From positions 1 to 63,233 of the forward strand of contig CAYJGR010000004.1 in the NCBI GenBank assembly GCA_964370005.1: 63,233 nt of DNA, given 5' to 3'. A model generated the notes under the pieces. The model made no database searches, was not told the origin of the DNA, and was given only the letters and a program-made list of their open reading frames with translations. Each line of letters opens with the position of its first letter. Position 1 is the stretch's first letter. The stretch is from an uncultured Oscillospiraceae bacterium. Its GTDB lineage: Bacteria > Bacillota > Clostridia > Oscillospirales > Ruminococcaceae. This document shows positions 8,366 to 16,248 of this stretch, one piece after another. Position numbers and translations under genes: made by a program.

Positions 8366-9469
8366 TTATTGCATGTAGTCCATAAGGGACTGGGGTATGA
8401 TGCTAGCGCCCACCTGTAGTGCGGCGTTGTAGGTGGTTTGCGCCCAAGACAGCGCCATAATTGCATCGGCCATGTCAATATCCTCAATGGTCGAACGCTC
8501 AACATTCAGCGCATCAAATGTGTCTTCGATTTGCCCTCTTGTCTTGTCAAGGGCATCGGCCTGTGCGCTCATCTCGGCATGTTGATCGATCATCTTATCC
8601 TGTGAGGTCTGGAATTTGTCTATAAGACCACTGGCCTTATTATAAGCGACGCTATCATGGCTGTCGATAGCAAGATCGTCGAACTCGTCGGCTATACGGA
8701 GCATGATCGAGGCGATGTTCTGGGGGTCGCCGTCAGCATCTATGCCGTAGCCCATAATCTCAAGCCCCGAAAGCGAGGCGTCAAAGGCGGTGGAGGGAAT
8801 AACATTGCCCGCACCATCCACCTCAAAACCAAGGCCTACATCGACATAAAGACCTTCATCGTTCCACTTATCAAGAACCTCTTGGTTTGTCATGGCATTG
8901 CCACCTGCATCAAGCATTTGATTGCCGTCAGCATCGGTATATATTTGGGCAAGCTCGGCGGCATCATCTATGCGCACACCACGGAAGGTGACATGGGAAA
9001 GCCCTGTAGTGGCATCTTTCTCAATGGCAAACGGAGGATTGGAGGTATCTGCCCCCGCAAAGATATAATCGTCGTTGTACTGGGCATTCATACTGCTGAC
9101 CATGGCCTCGGCACCGGTGCGAAGCATAAGAGCCTGCGAATCTATAGCATCAAGGTTTGTGGCGTTAAGTCCACTGAGAGCGGGGGTGTTACCCAAGGTG
9201 TTGGCCAAATCGTCCACCACCTGCTGCACATTGCTCCAACCTGTCTGATACTTGCCGATAACCGACTCAACATTGCGGTGCTGGGTGTTGGCGGCGTTCA
9301 GCGAACTGTGTATCTGAAAAGAACGAGCCGAGGCCGCAGGGTCTTCGGCAAACGATGTAAAATTGCGCCCTGTCATCAGCTTATCCATAGCATCGTTAAG
9401 CTGATTTGCAGACTTCATAAAATTTGATTTGTAGTTAAATAGAGCACCGTTTGTGGTCACACGCATCAT
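8366..9469 (-). CDS. flgL: Flagellar hook-associated protein 3, FlgL
   Basis: Flagellin-like N-terminus (RVTTNG...LMTGRNFTSFAEDPAASAR) and C-terminus (ALSWAQTTYNAALQVGASIIPQSLMDYM), located downstream of flgK. Confidence 0.9.
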   Translation of the reverse strand: MMRVTTNGALFNYKSNFMKSANQLNDAMDKLMTGRNFTSFAEDPAASARSFQIHSSLNAANTQHRNVESVIGKYQTGWSNVQQVVDDLANTLGNTPALSGLNATNLDAIDSQALMLRTGAEAMVSSMNAQYNDDYIFAGADTSNPPFAIEKDATTGLSHVTFRGVRIDDAAELAQIYTDADGNQMLDAGGNAMTNQEVLDKWNDEGLYVDVGLGFEVDGAGNVIPSTAFDASLSGLEIMGYGIDADGDPQNIASIMLRIADEFDDLAIDSHDSVAYNKASGLIDKFQTSQDKMIDQHAEMSAQADALDKTRGQIEDTFDALNVERSTIEDIDMADAIMALSWAQTTYNAALQVGASIIPQSLMDYMQ

Positions 9470-9483
9470 AATATTTTCACCCC

Positions 9484-11100
9484 TTATTTAACACTTAAAA
9501 GTGCGTTTAGCACCTCGTCAATTACTGTCATGAGACGGCTGGCCGCCACATATGCCTTTTGATATACCATAAGCCCTGTGGCCTCGTCGTTGAGATCAAC
9601 GCCCGATACGCTCTCACGAGCGGTGTGGATGTCGCTGGCCGTGAGCATGTGGTTGTTGAGTACAGCCGTGGTGGCCATTTGATCCTCGGCCAAGGTAGCC
9701 TGCATATCGATAAGAAAATCCTCAAATGTTGACATGATCGGTGCACCGTCGGCACCTGTATTTATGTCATCAGGGTCAAATTCATGCTCCTTATCAAACA
9801 GATATAAAAACTGTGACAGATTCGAAGTGTCGCCACTAGAGGCCATAGGGTCGGTCGAGGGTATCATAGACACATCGCCGTTTGCCCAAGCTTGTGACAC
9901 CGAGATATTAGAGGCCGTGATACCGGTCGCATCGTTCGAGTTACCCGCATTGCTGAACAGATTGCCCTCACCGTCCACACCTGTGCCGGGGTTATTCAGG
10001 GCGTTCATCTGGAAGGCAAATTCATGCGCCAAGCCATCAAGCGCCATCTGGTAGTAGGGGATTCCTCTTTTTATAGAGGCATCAGAGTCGATAGCGATAT
10101 CGGCGGCGGTGGCATACTCACCCTTCTCGGTCAGCATCTCACGCTGTGCCTGCAAAGAACCGTAAAGCTGATTGTCACCAAAAGTATAATCGGTAGAGCC
10201 GGGGAAGGTGTCATCGTTGTGGTCTATGAGCGCCGCCGCCGTCACGTCCATATAATCGGCCGAGGTGGGATCGGTTTCAATGCTAAGTTGGCTGTAAAAC
10301 TCACCGTCTATCATGGTGTGGGTGCCGTCCTCGCCCATATCAAACTTTATGGTCAGCTTCTCAATCATGACCCCCGCCCCGATGTCCTCCATGGAGTATT
10401 CGGCGGTAATTCTGTTGTGTTGAGCAAGTTCATCTATGAGCATATTTCGCTGATCACGAAGTTCGAGCGCCTCATCCCCGCGAATATCGGAATTTCGGAT
10501 GGAGATGTTGAGATTATGTATATCCTCAAGGATTTGGTTCATGCTGTCAACATCCTGCTCAATGGCGGTTAAAGCTGTCTTTTCAAGCTCATCAAGCTTA
10601 TAGGCATAGCTGTTAAAAAGCGATGCAAGCGCACCCGCTGAGGTGCGAATAATCGAATCATAACCATCAATACCATTGGTGTTGGCTTGGCTTATAAGGT
10701 CACGTAAATCGTTTAGTTGGCTTAGAATAACACCGTCGTCCTGCTCTCCGTCACCCTTGCCGATTTCGTCGAGTATAACAGCCAAGTCCTCAAGGCCGGC
10801 AAGTTTTGAATCGGCCTGCCCCACATCGGCACTGACCTGTCGGAATGCGATGTCAAGCGACGGATCGCGAATTTGCGACACCCCCGTCACCACAACACCC
10901 GCCCCCACACGTGCACTGGTGGGGGACATGTACATGTCGTTTGAGGAGGTTATTAGGCTGGACTGATCAAGCCGTTGGCGGGTATAACCCTCGGTATTGA
11001 TATTTGTTATATTGTTACCTGTCACCTCAAGACCTTTTTGGGCGGCGTATATGCCCAAGCGAACGGTGGACAGAGTGCTGAATGTACTGGAATGTATCAT
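9484..11100 (-). CDS. flgK: Flagellar hook-associated protein 1, FlgK
   Basis: LGIYAAQKGLEVTGNNITNINTEGYTRQRLDQ N-terminal rod/hook motif. The C-terminus GLMVYQKAYVAASRLMTVIDEVLNALL is typical of FlgK. Confidence 0.92.
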   Translation of the reverse strand: MIHSSTFSTLSTVRLGIYAAQKGLEVTGNNITNINTEGYTRQRLDQSSLITSSNDMYMSPTSARVGAGVVVTGVSQIRDPSLDIAFRQVSADVGQADSKLAGLEDLAVILDEIGKGDGEQDDGVILSQLNDLRDLISQANTNGIDGYDSIIRTSAGALASLFNSYAYKLDELEKTALTAIEQDVDSMNQILEDIHNLNISIRNSDIRGDEALELRDQRNMLIDELAQHNRITAEYSMEDIGAGVMIEKLTIKFDMGEDGTHTMIDGEFYSQLSIETDPTSADYMDVTAAALIDHNDDTFPGSTDYTFGDNQLYGSLQAQREMLTEKGEYATAADIAIDSDASIKRGIPYYQMALDGLAHEFAFQMNALNNPGTGVDGEGNLFSNAGNSNDATGITASNISVSQAWANGDVSMIPSTDPMASSGDTSNLSQFLYLFDKEHEFDPDDINTGADGAPIMSTFEDFLIDMQATLAEDQMATTAVLNNHMLTASDIHTARESVSGVDLNDEATGLMVYQKAYVAASRLMTVIDEVLNALLSVK

Positions 11101-11114
11101 TATATATGTCCTCC

Positions 11115-11588
11115 CTAAACTTTTAAGTCGGTGCGCATTTTCTTGGGCTTGGGTGGTGGCGAGGACTTGTAGCCCTCCTCGGCCCCGGTCAAGACCCCTT
11201 TTTGTTCGAGTGCTCCCTCGACCTCATGCAGATGTCGTTCAAGCATAAGTTTTGCCCTTTGCTGCAGACTGGCAAGCACTTCATAATCCTTCATCACTAC
11301 CTCGACCACACGGGCGGTCTCGGCTTTATGCTGGGGTGGGCATAACTGTGGCATCTGTCGCATAGTAGCGTCTTTATAACCGAGCTCGGATAAAAGTGAC
11401 ACACGCCGTTGTTCCAATCCCCGCAAAGACAGGCTCAGTGCCTGTTCTTTTCGTATACACTCATTTATAGTATCAAGATCAAATGCCTGTGTAGCATCGA
11501 TTTTGCGCTGTAAAATCTCGACGAGCGACACAATGTCTTTTTGCAAATTAAGTAGCAACTGTATATAATCGCTGTATTGTGCAGGCAC
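11115..11588 (-). CDS. flgN: FlgN-family flagellar export chaperone (YvyG-like)
   Basis: Helical 157 aa protein between flgM and flgK, with a GTG start 3 nt after the flgM stop and an AAGGAGGA SD. Confidence 0.6.
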   Translation of the reverse strand: MPAQYSDYIQLLLNLQKDIVSLVEILQRKIDATQAFDLDTINECIRKEQALSLSLRGLEQRRVSLLSELGYKDATMRQMPQLCPPQHKAETARVVEVVMKDYEVLASLQQRAKLMLERHLHEVEGALEQKGVLTGAEEGYKSSPPPKPKKMRTDLKV

Positions 11589-11591
11589 GGT

Positions 11592-11900
11592 TTAGTCCTC
11601 CTTATTTATAAGAAGCATACGTGCGGCAATCTCACCCGCATCGGGCACATAGGTACCTTCTTCCACTTGACGCTTTATTGTTTGAATGTCGCCATGGGTG
11701 GGGCGGATGCGTGCCTGACCGGAAATCTGGGCAGTCAAATCCTTTGTGCGAAGCTCCTGTCCCTCGGGCATCTGTGAAAAGGACATGAAATCGTAATTTT
11801 GTATTCCTGCTTTGGCCGAGTCGGCAGTGGTGCGCTGGGCAGTGTGGGATGTCGAACGGGTAACACCAAAACCGCCACCTATATCTATTCGTGAAAACAC
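11592..11900 (-). CDS. flgM: Anti-sigma-28 factor FlgM
   Basis: The C-terminus IQTIKRQVEEGTYVPDAGEIAARML is the FlgM signature. The probable GTG start at 11900 is preceded by AAGGGAGG, and the ORF track extends to a TTG at 11918. Confidence 0.85.
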   Translation of the reverse strand: MFSRIDIGGGFGVTRSTSHTAQRTTADSAKAGIQNYDFMSFSQMPEGQELRTKDLTAQISGQARIRPTHGDIQTIKRQVEEGTYVPDAGEIAARMLLINKED

Positions 11901-12042
11901 GGCAAAGCCTCCCTTCAATCAAGTTTGTGGCTATACAGTTTGCTTTGCTGTAAGACCGACAATTATTTCTTCGTCCAAAACCCTCAAAAATTAAGGGCAA
12001 AACCCACATTTTCAAAAAAATAAAAAATTTTTCCATCTGCTA

Positions 12043-12069
12043 TTATCTTTCCTTAAAATAAGCCGAAAT
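12043..12069 (+). promoter_or_regulatory. Candidate sigma-28 (FliA/SigD) promoter of the flagellin gene
   Basis: TTAT-15 nt-GCCGAAAT. The -10 element matches GCCGATAT at 7 of 8 positions. The same TTAT-N15-GnCGAnAT layout recurs upstream of fliD. Confidence 0.4.
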
Positions 12070-12167
12070 ACTGGATGTGAGGTTCCGCAATCCGGAAGCG
12101 GGACGGCACGACAACATTTCGCACAACCGGCGGGAAGGCCTACGCAGGAAAGGCGAAAACAAAAAAA

Positions 12168-12208
12168 TAGGATGGGAAGGAACCTATCCGCAACAATTTG
12201 AAGGAGGA
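12168..12208 (+). promoter_or_regulatory. Candidate CsrA binding sites in the flagellin 5' UTR
   Basis: Hairpin TAGG-atgggaaggaa-CCTA presents GGA motifs in its loop (12168..12186). A second GGA motif lies in the SD AAGGAGGA (12201..12208). Confidence 0.5.
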
Positions 12209-12216
12209 ACTACACT

Positions 12217-13032
12217 ATGCGTATTCAAAACAACATCATGGCAATGAACTCTTACCGTAACTTCTCGAACAACACCTCGGCTCTGGCTCAGAACCTTGAG
12301 AAGCTGTCCTCGGGTTACGCAGTTAACCGTGCAGGCGATGACGCCGCCGGTCTTGCTATCTCGGAGAAAATGCGTGCCCAGATCACAGGTCTTGACGCAG
12401 CTCAAAAGAACGCTGCCGACGGCGTTAGCCTCATCCAGACCGCTGAGGGTGCACTGACCGAAGTACATGACATGCTAAACCGTATGGTTTACCTGGCAAC
12501 ACAGGCCGCTAACGGCACTTATGATGACGATACCGACCGTGCTGCTCTACAGGCAGAGGTTGATCAGCTGCTTGACGAGATCGATCGTATCGGCGAGACT
12601 GCCAACTTCAACGGCATCACACTGTTCGACGGTTCCCAGATGACCCTACAGATCGGTGATACCGCAGTATCGTTCAACCAGCTCAGCGTAACCATGAAGA
12701 CCATGAGCAAGACTGCTTTGACTCTCAGCACTCTGTCGATCAGCACATTGAGCGGTGCTCAGTCCGCTATTTCGAGCATCAAGAAGGCTATCAATGCTAT
12801 CTCGACACAGCGTGCAGACCTCGGTGCTGCCCAGAACCGTCTGGAGCACACCATGAACAACCTGTCTGTAATGGAAGAGAACATCCAGGCCGCCGAGTCC
12901 GCAATCCGCGACACCGACGTAGCCGAAGAGATGATGTCCTACACCAAGAACAACATCCTGATCCAGTCGGCACAGGCAATGCTTGCCCAGGCCAACATGG
13001 TACCTCAGGGCGTTCTTTCGCTCCTCCAGTAA
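12217..13032 (+). CDS. fliC: Flagellin (short, 271 aa)
   Basis: [56 protein letters not shown] at the N-terminus and [22 protein letters not shown] at the C-terminus are canonical flagellin termini. Confidence 0.97.
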   Translation: MRIQNNIMAMNSYRNFSNNTSALAQNLEKLSSGYAVNRAGDDAAGLAISEKMRAQITGLDAAQKNAADGVSLIQTAEGALTEVHDMLNRMVYLATQAANGTYDDDTDRAALQAEVDQLLDEIDRIGETANFNGITLFDGSQMTLQIGDTAVSFNQLSVTMKTMSKTALTLSTLSISTLSGAQSAISSIKKAINAISTQRADLGAAQNRLEHTMNNLSVMEENIQAAESAIRDTDVAEEMMSYTKNNILIQSAQAMLAQANMVPQGVLSLLQ

Positions 13033-13082
13033 GAGTTTTAGTCGTATATTGTTTGCGTGCAGTAACGCATTGTTCCAAGAGG

Positions 13083-13104
13083 GGCGGGCATTTGCCCGCC
13101 TCTT
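13083..13104 (+). terminator. Hairpin after the flagellin gene (weak U-tract)
   Basis: GGCGGGC-attt-GCCCGCC followed by TCTT. Confidence 0.45.
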
Positions 13105-13137
13105 AGCTATTAGTGATTAGTAAAGGGCAAAGGCATT

Positions 13138-13164
13138 GTAGGGGACGGGTTTCCCGTCCCGCCC
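13138..13164 (+). repeat. REP element a (GTAG plus 8-bp-stem hairpin)
   Basis: GTAGGGGACGGGTTTCCCGTCCCGCCC. Confidence 0.85.
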
Positions 13165-13250
13165 ACATTGCGGTTTTATCCATTGACCGGCAACACTGTA
13201 TGAAACAAATCTATATGCACTTTGATATATAGCGGGTTGTTGCTACGTTT

Positions 13251-13274
13251 CGGGACGGGAGACCCGTCCCCTAC
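13251..13274 (-). repeat. REP element b (inverted relative to a)
   Basis: The reverse complement reads GTAGGGGACGGGTCTCCCGTCCCG. Confidence 0.85.
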
Positions 13275-13347
13275 AGGGGTGGTGTTGTTTTATGACGGCA
13301 ACATCAAGCCGCAGGACATATCAACACAAAACACACGAGGTAACAAC

Positions 13348-13971
13348 ATGGAACTACCCAAACGGAAAACCATACGATTAAAGGATTACGATTACAGCGA
13401 AAACGGCGCATATTTTGTGACGATATGTGCAAAAAACAAGGAACACATTTTTGGCGAAATTGTTAGCGGTATAAATATGTCCTCCAATTCCGCTGTATGG
13501 GACGGGTTTCCCGTCCCGCCCGCGTTGGAATTATCACGTTTTGGTGAAATTGTGGAGAACCACATCGGAAAAATAAACGAAAAACATCCCACCGTACATG
13601 TGGATAAATATATAATCATGCCCAACCATATGCATGTGATTTTAATCATTGATAATGCGAATTGGTTAGGTGGCGGGACGGGAGACCCGTCCCCTACATT
13701 GGGAAATGTGATCGCATGGTTTAAATATCAAACGACAAAACAAATGAATATTGAAAAAAACACACAGGGTATAAAATGTTGGCAACGTTCCTACCACGAC
13801 CACATAATCCGAAACGAAAAATCATACAAACAAATTTGGCAATACATCGACCAAAACCCACAAACTTGGGAGGACGATTGTTATTATATAAATACAGGGG
13901 ATTTTTCCCACCGATTAACCCACGAAAGGAAATTTACATATGAAACGCAGAAAACCCTCGGGAGGCGGTAA
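13348..13971 (+). CDS. REP-associated tyrosine transposase (RAYT; IS200/IS605-like Y1 HUH transposase)
   Basis: MELPKRKTIRLKDYDYSENGAYFVTICAKNK..., HUH motif MPNHMHVIL, catalytic Tyr context WQRSYHDHIIRNE, and ending NPQTWEDDCYY. The start at 13348 follows GAGG, and the ORF track start at 13222 reads through REP b. Confidence 0.85.
   Translation: MELPKRKTIRLKDYDYSENGAYFVTICAKNKEHIFGEIVSGINMSSNSAVWDGFPVPPALELSRFGEIVENHIGKINEKHPTVHVDKYIIMPNHMHVILIIDNANWLGGGTGDPSPTLGNVIAWFKYQTTKQMNIEKNTQGIKCWQRSYHDHIIRNEKSYKQIWQYIDQNPQTWEDDCYYINTGDFSHRLTHERKFTYETQKTLGRR
13495..13521 (+). repeat. REP element c, inside the RAYT CDS and in frame
   Basis: GTATGGGACGGGTTTCCCGTCCCGCCC matches REP a at 26 of 27 positions. 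It is translated as VWDGFPVPP. Confidence 0.9.
13672..13697 (-). repeat. REP element d, inside the RAYT CDS, inverted and in frame
   Basis: The reverse complement reads GTAGGGGACGGGTCTCCCGTCCCGCC, the same loop variant as REP b. It is translated as GGTGDPSPT. Confidence 0.9.
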
Positions 13972-16162
13972 ACGCCTGCCCACAGACCGCCCCATACTCT
14001 CGATAGGCATGATTGTAAAGGATGAGATGCGCTGTTTACAGCGTTGTCTTGATGCACTGCAGCCACTGCGTGATGCGGTGCCCTGTGAGCTTGTGATAGC
14101 CGACACCGGCTCGACCGACGGCACACGAGAGCTTGCGGCGCAGTATGCCGACGTGCTGTTTGATTTCCCGTGGATAAACGACTTTTCGGCCGCCCGCAAT
14201 GCTGTTATGGAGCGGTGTAGCGGGGTATGGTACCTATCTGTCGATGCTGACGAGTACCTTGATGAGAACATGGAGGAACTTGTGGCGGTGATGCGTGATG
14301 CCTATTCTTTGCAGTTTGATATATGTACCGTGGTTATTCGCAACTATTTGACAAACGACTGGGAGCGGGGGGGTTATTCGGATTTTAGTGCAGTTCGTGT
14401 CTATAGAATGGATACGGGGGTGCGTTATAGCGGGGCGGTGCATGAGTCGGTAGAGCTTGAGGGGCAAGTGACTGTTTACGAGTTATCACAGACATTGTTT
14501 CATCATGATGGTTATTCCCAGAACCTTGACCCAAAGCGCAAAAAAGAAAAAACCAAGCGCAACTTGGACTTGCTACGCGAGGCATTGGAACAAGAACCCG
14601 AGGATTTAAGGCGGTTTGTACAATGTTTTGAGTCCACTCCTTCGAGCGATTGGGAGGCAAAAGGCGAGTATATTGTGCGGGGCATGGATATTGTGAAGAA
14701 CAATCCCCAAAAAACAAAAGATGCCTTTTTTCCCTCACTTTGGAGATATTCCATCGAGTGGGCAGTTGTAAACAAACTTCCCGAATTTGAAGAGTGGTTA
14801 AAACTTGGGGAGGACGACCCAAAACTCGAAAAAGATTTCCATTCGAGGGTGGATGTGGCCTTTGCGGTAGCCAAGTACGCCTATGATAAAAAAGATTATG
14901 AGAGGGTAGTAAAGTATGCCGAGCGATATATAAGCGGTGTTGAGGATTATCTTGCCAAAAATTATGATATCGCCGAGATATTACACCTTGTACTTGAGAG
15001 GGCCAAAAAGACCGATAAAATGCAGGTATGTAGCATGAAATCGGTCGCCCACATGAAGTTGGGCCAACCGGACAAAGCCCTTGCAACAATAGCGGACATA
15101 GAGCTTGACTACCAAGGTTTGACCGCCAACACCGCCAAGAACTACCTATTAGCAGTCGGCCACATCTACGACCAAGACGGCGTGCCCGAGCTTGTGCAGT
15201 CTCTCTACACCGCCATAGCCGACCTTCCCGAGGACGAGCCCGAAACCGAGCGCGTCAAAGCAACCTGTCGCCACGTTGCCAATGTTGCATTTGGGCAAAA
15301 CGGGCGTGGCAGGCACAGGATGTTTGGGCTTGTGGGTGGCGACCTTGCCCGTGCCGCCACAATGATGGAGGAGGATCAAAGCGCCGAAACGCTGTCCGCC
15401 CTCGCCATCGAGGTGGAGAGCTGGGACGACCTACCCGTGGGCGCCCTGTATCGATTGCTACAAGCGGGGACAAAACTGCCCGACCCCTTCTACCGCCGCA
15501 GCGGACAGAAACTGCGCGAAGTGGCCGCTCTGCTGGCACAGCAAAGGGGTATGCTTTCCATGTTGCCTGCCATTGCCGACGGCGATGAATTTTTAAGCAG
15601 TGTGTACAAAAAACAGTTTTTGTTTGAGTTTGGACATGCTGTTTTGGCGATGGCTTCTTGGGCAGAGGATGAGAAAAAACAGGACGATCCATGGAAAGAT
15701 GACGAGGATAATGACAACGTGATTTACCTGCCGGCAAACGAGGGGGATGCGCCGGCGGTTTATGAGGTGTTTGTGAGTGCGGCGAGGGCGTTTTTGCCAT
15801 CGTATTATGCCCAGAGCTTGATTGAAAGTCCCGAGGACTGGTCGGCGTTGCCGGCGATACATAATGCGGCGCTCGTACTGCTTGACGCCCAAAATATGAA
15901 GGAGCAGGGTGACCTTGTGGGTTATGCCCGAACCTTGCGCCAAGCCCTCAAGCTCGATGGGACGCTCAAGGAGATTGTGCGACTACTGCAGGAGGAGCTA
16001 AAACAAAAAGCCGAGACCCCACCCCCCTCGGCCGAGCTTGTGGCATTGGCCGAAAAGGTGCGTGCTATACTCTCGCAGTTCCCCGCCGACCACCCCGCCG
16101 TCATGACACTGCGCCAAAGTGATGCATACAAACAGGTGGCGCATATTATAGAGGATAGATGA
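13940..16162 (+). CDS. Family 2 glycosyltransferase with a long helical (TPR-like) C-terminal region; candidate flagellin glycosyltransferase
   Basis: ILSIGMIVKDEMRCLQRCLDAL...VIADTGSTDGTRELA...SAARNAVM...YLSVDADEYL is a GT2 (GT-A, DxD) N-domain, followed by about 500 aa of helical repeats. The gene lies next to flagellin. Confidence 0.7.
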   Translation: MKRRKPSGGGKRLPTDRPILSIGMIVKDEMRCLQRCLDALQPLRDAVPCELVIADTGSTDGTRELAAQYADVLFDFPWINDFSAARNAVMERCSGVWYLSVDADEYLDENMEELVAVMRDAYSLQFDICTVVIRNYLTNDWERGGYSDFSAVRVYRMDTGVRYSGAVHESVELEGQVTVYELSQTLFHHDGYSQNLDPKRKKEKTKRNLDLLREALEQEPEDLRRFVQCFESTPSSDWEAKGEYIVRGMDIVKNNPQKTKDAFFPSLWRYSIEWAVVNKLPEFEEWLKLGEDDPKLEKDFHSRVDVAFAVAKYAYDKKDYERVVKYAERYISGVEDYLAKNYDIAEILHLVLERAKKTDKMQVCSMKSVAHMKLGQPDKALATIADIELDYQGLTANTAKNYLLAVGHIYDQDGVPELVQSLYTAIADLPEDEPETERVKATCRHVANVAFGQNGRGRHRMFGLVGGDLARAATMMEEDQSAETLSALAIEVESWDDLPVGALYRLLQAGTKLPDPFYRRSGQKLREVAALLAQQRGMLSMLPAIADGDEFLSSVYKKQFLFEFGHAVLAMASWAEDEKKQDDPWKDDEDNDNVIYLPANEGDAPAVYEVFVSAARAFLPSYYAQSLIESPEDWSALPAIHNAALVLLDAQNMKEQGDLVGYARTLRQALKLDGTLKEIVRLLQEELKQKAETPPPSAELVALAEKVRAILSQFPADHPAVMTLRQSDAYKQVAHIIEDR

Positions 16163-16181
16163 TAGAGAAGCGTAAGAACAT

Positions 16182-16209
16182 GTAGGGGCGGGTTTTGACG
16201 CCCGCCCGC
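16182..16209 (+). repeat. REP-like element e (variant hairpin)
   Basis: GTAGGGGCGGGTTTTGACGCCCGCCCGC has the same GTAG leader and a G/C-swapped stem. Confidence 0.7.
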
Positions 16210-16212
16210 AAT

Positions 16213-16248
16213 AAAAAACCATTCCCGCACCATGGGAATGGTTTTTTT
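16213..16248. terminator. Bidirectional intrinsic terminator between the GT2 gene and cheB
   Basis: AAAAAA-CCATTCCC-gcaccat-GGGAATGG-TTTTTTT, overlapping the cheB stop codon. Confidence 0.8.

Noticed and set aside
13222-13347. The ORF-track start of the RAYT gene at 13222, which adds 42 residues (MIYSGLLLRFGTGDPSPTG...).
   Set aside because: The extension merely translates REP element b. The canonical RAYT N-terminus, MELPKRK, begins at 13348 with its own SD.
14385-15089. A 234-aa ORF, and several ORFs of 75-180 aa, antisense to the GT2 gene (for example 15255..15800).
   Set aside because: The peptides are Pro/Arg/His-rich, sit inside a well-supported sense CDS and have no RBS. They are shadow ORFs.
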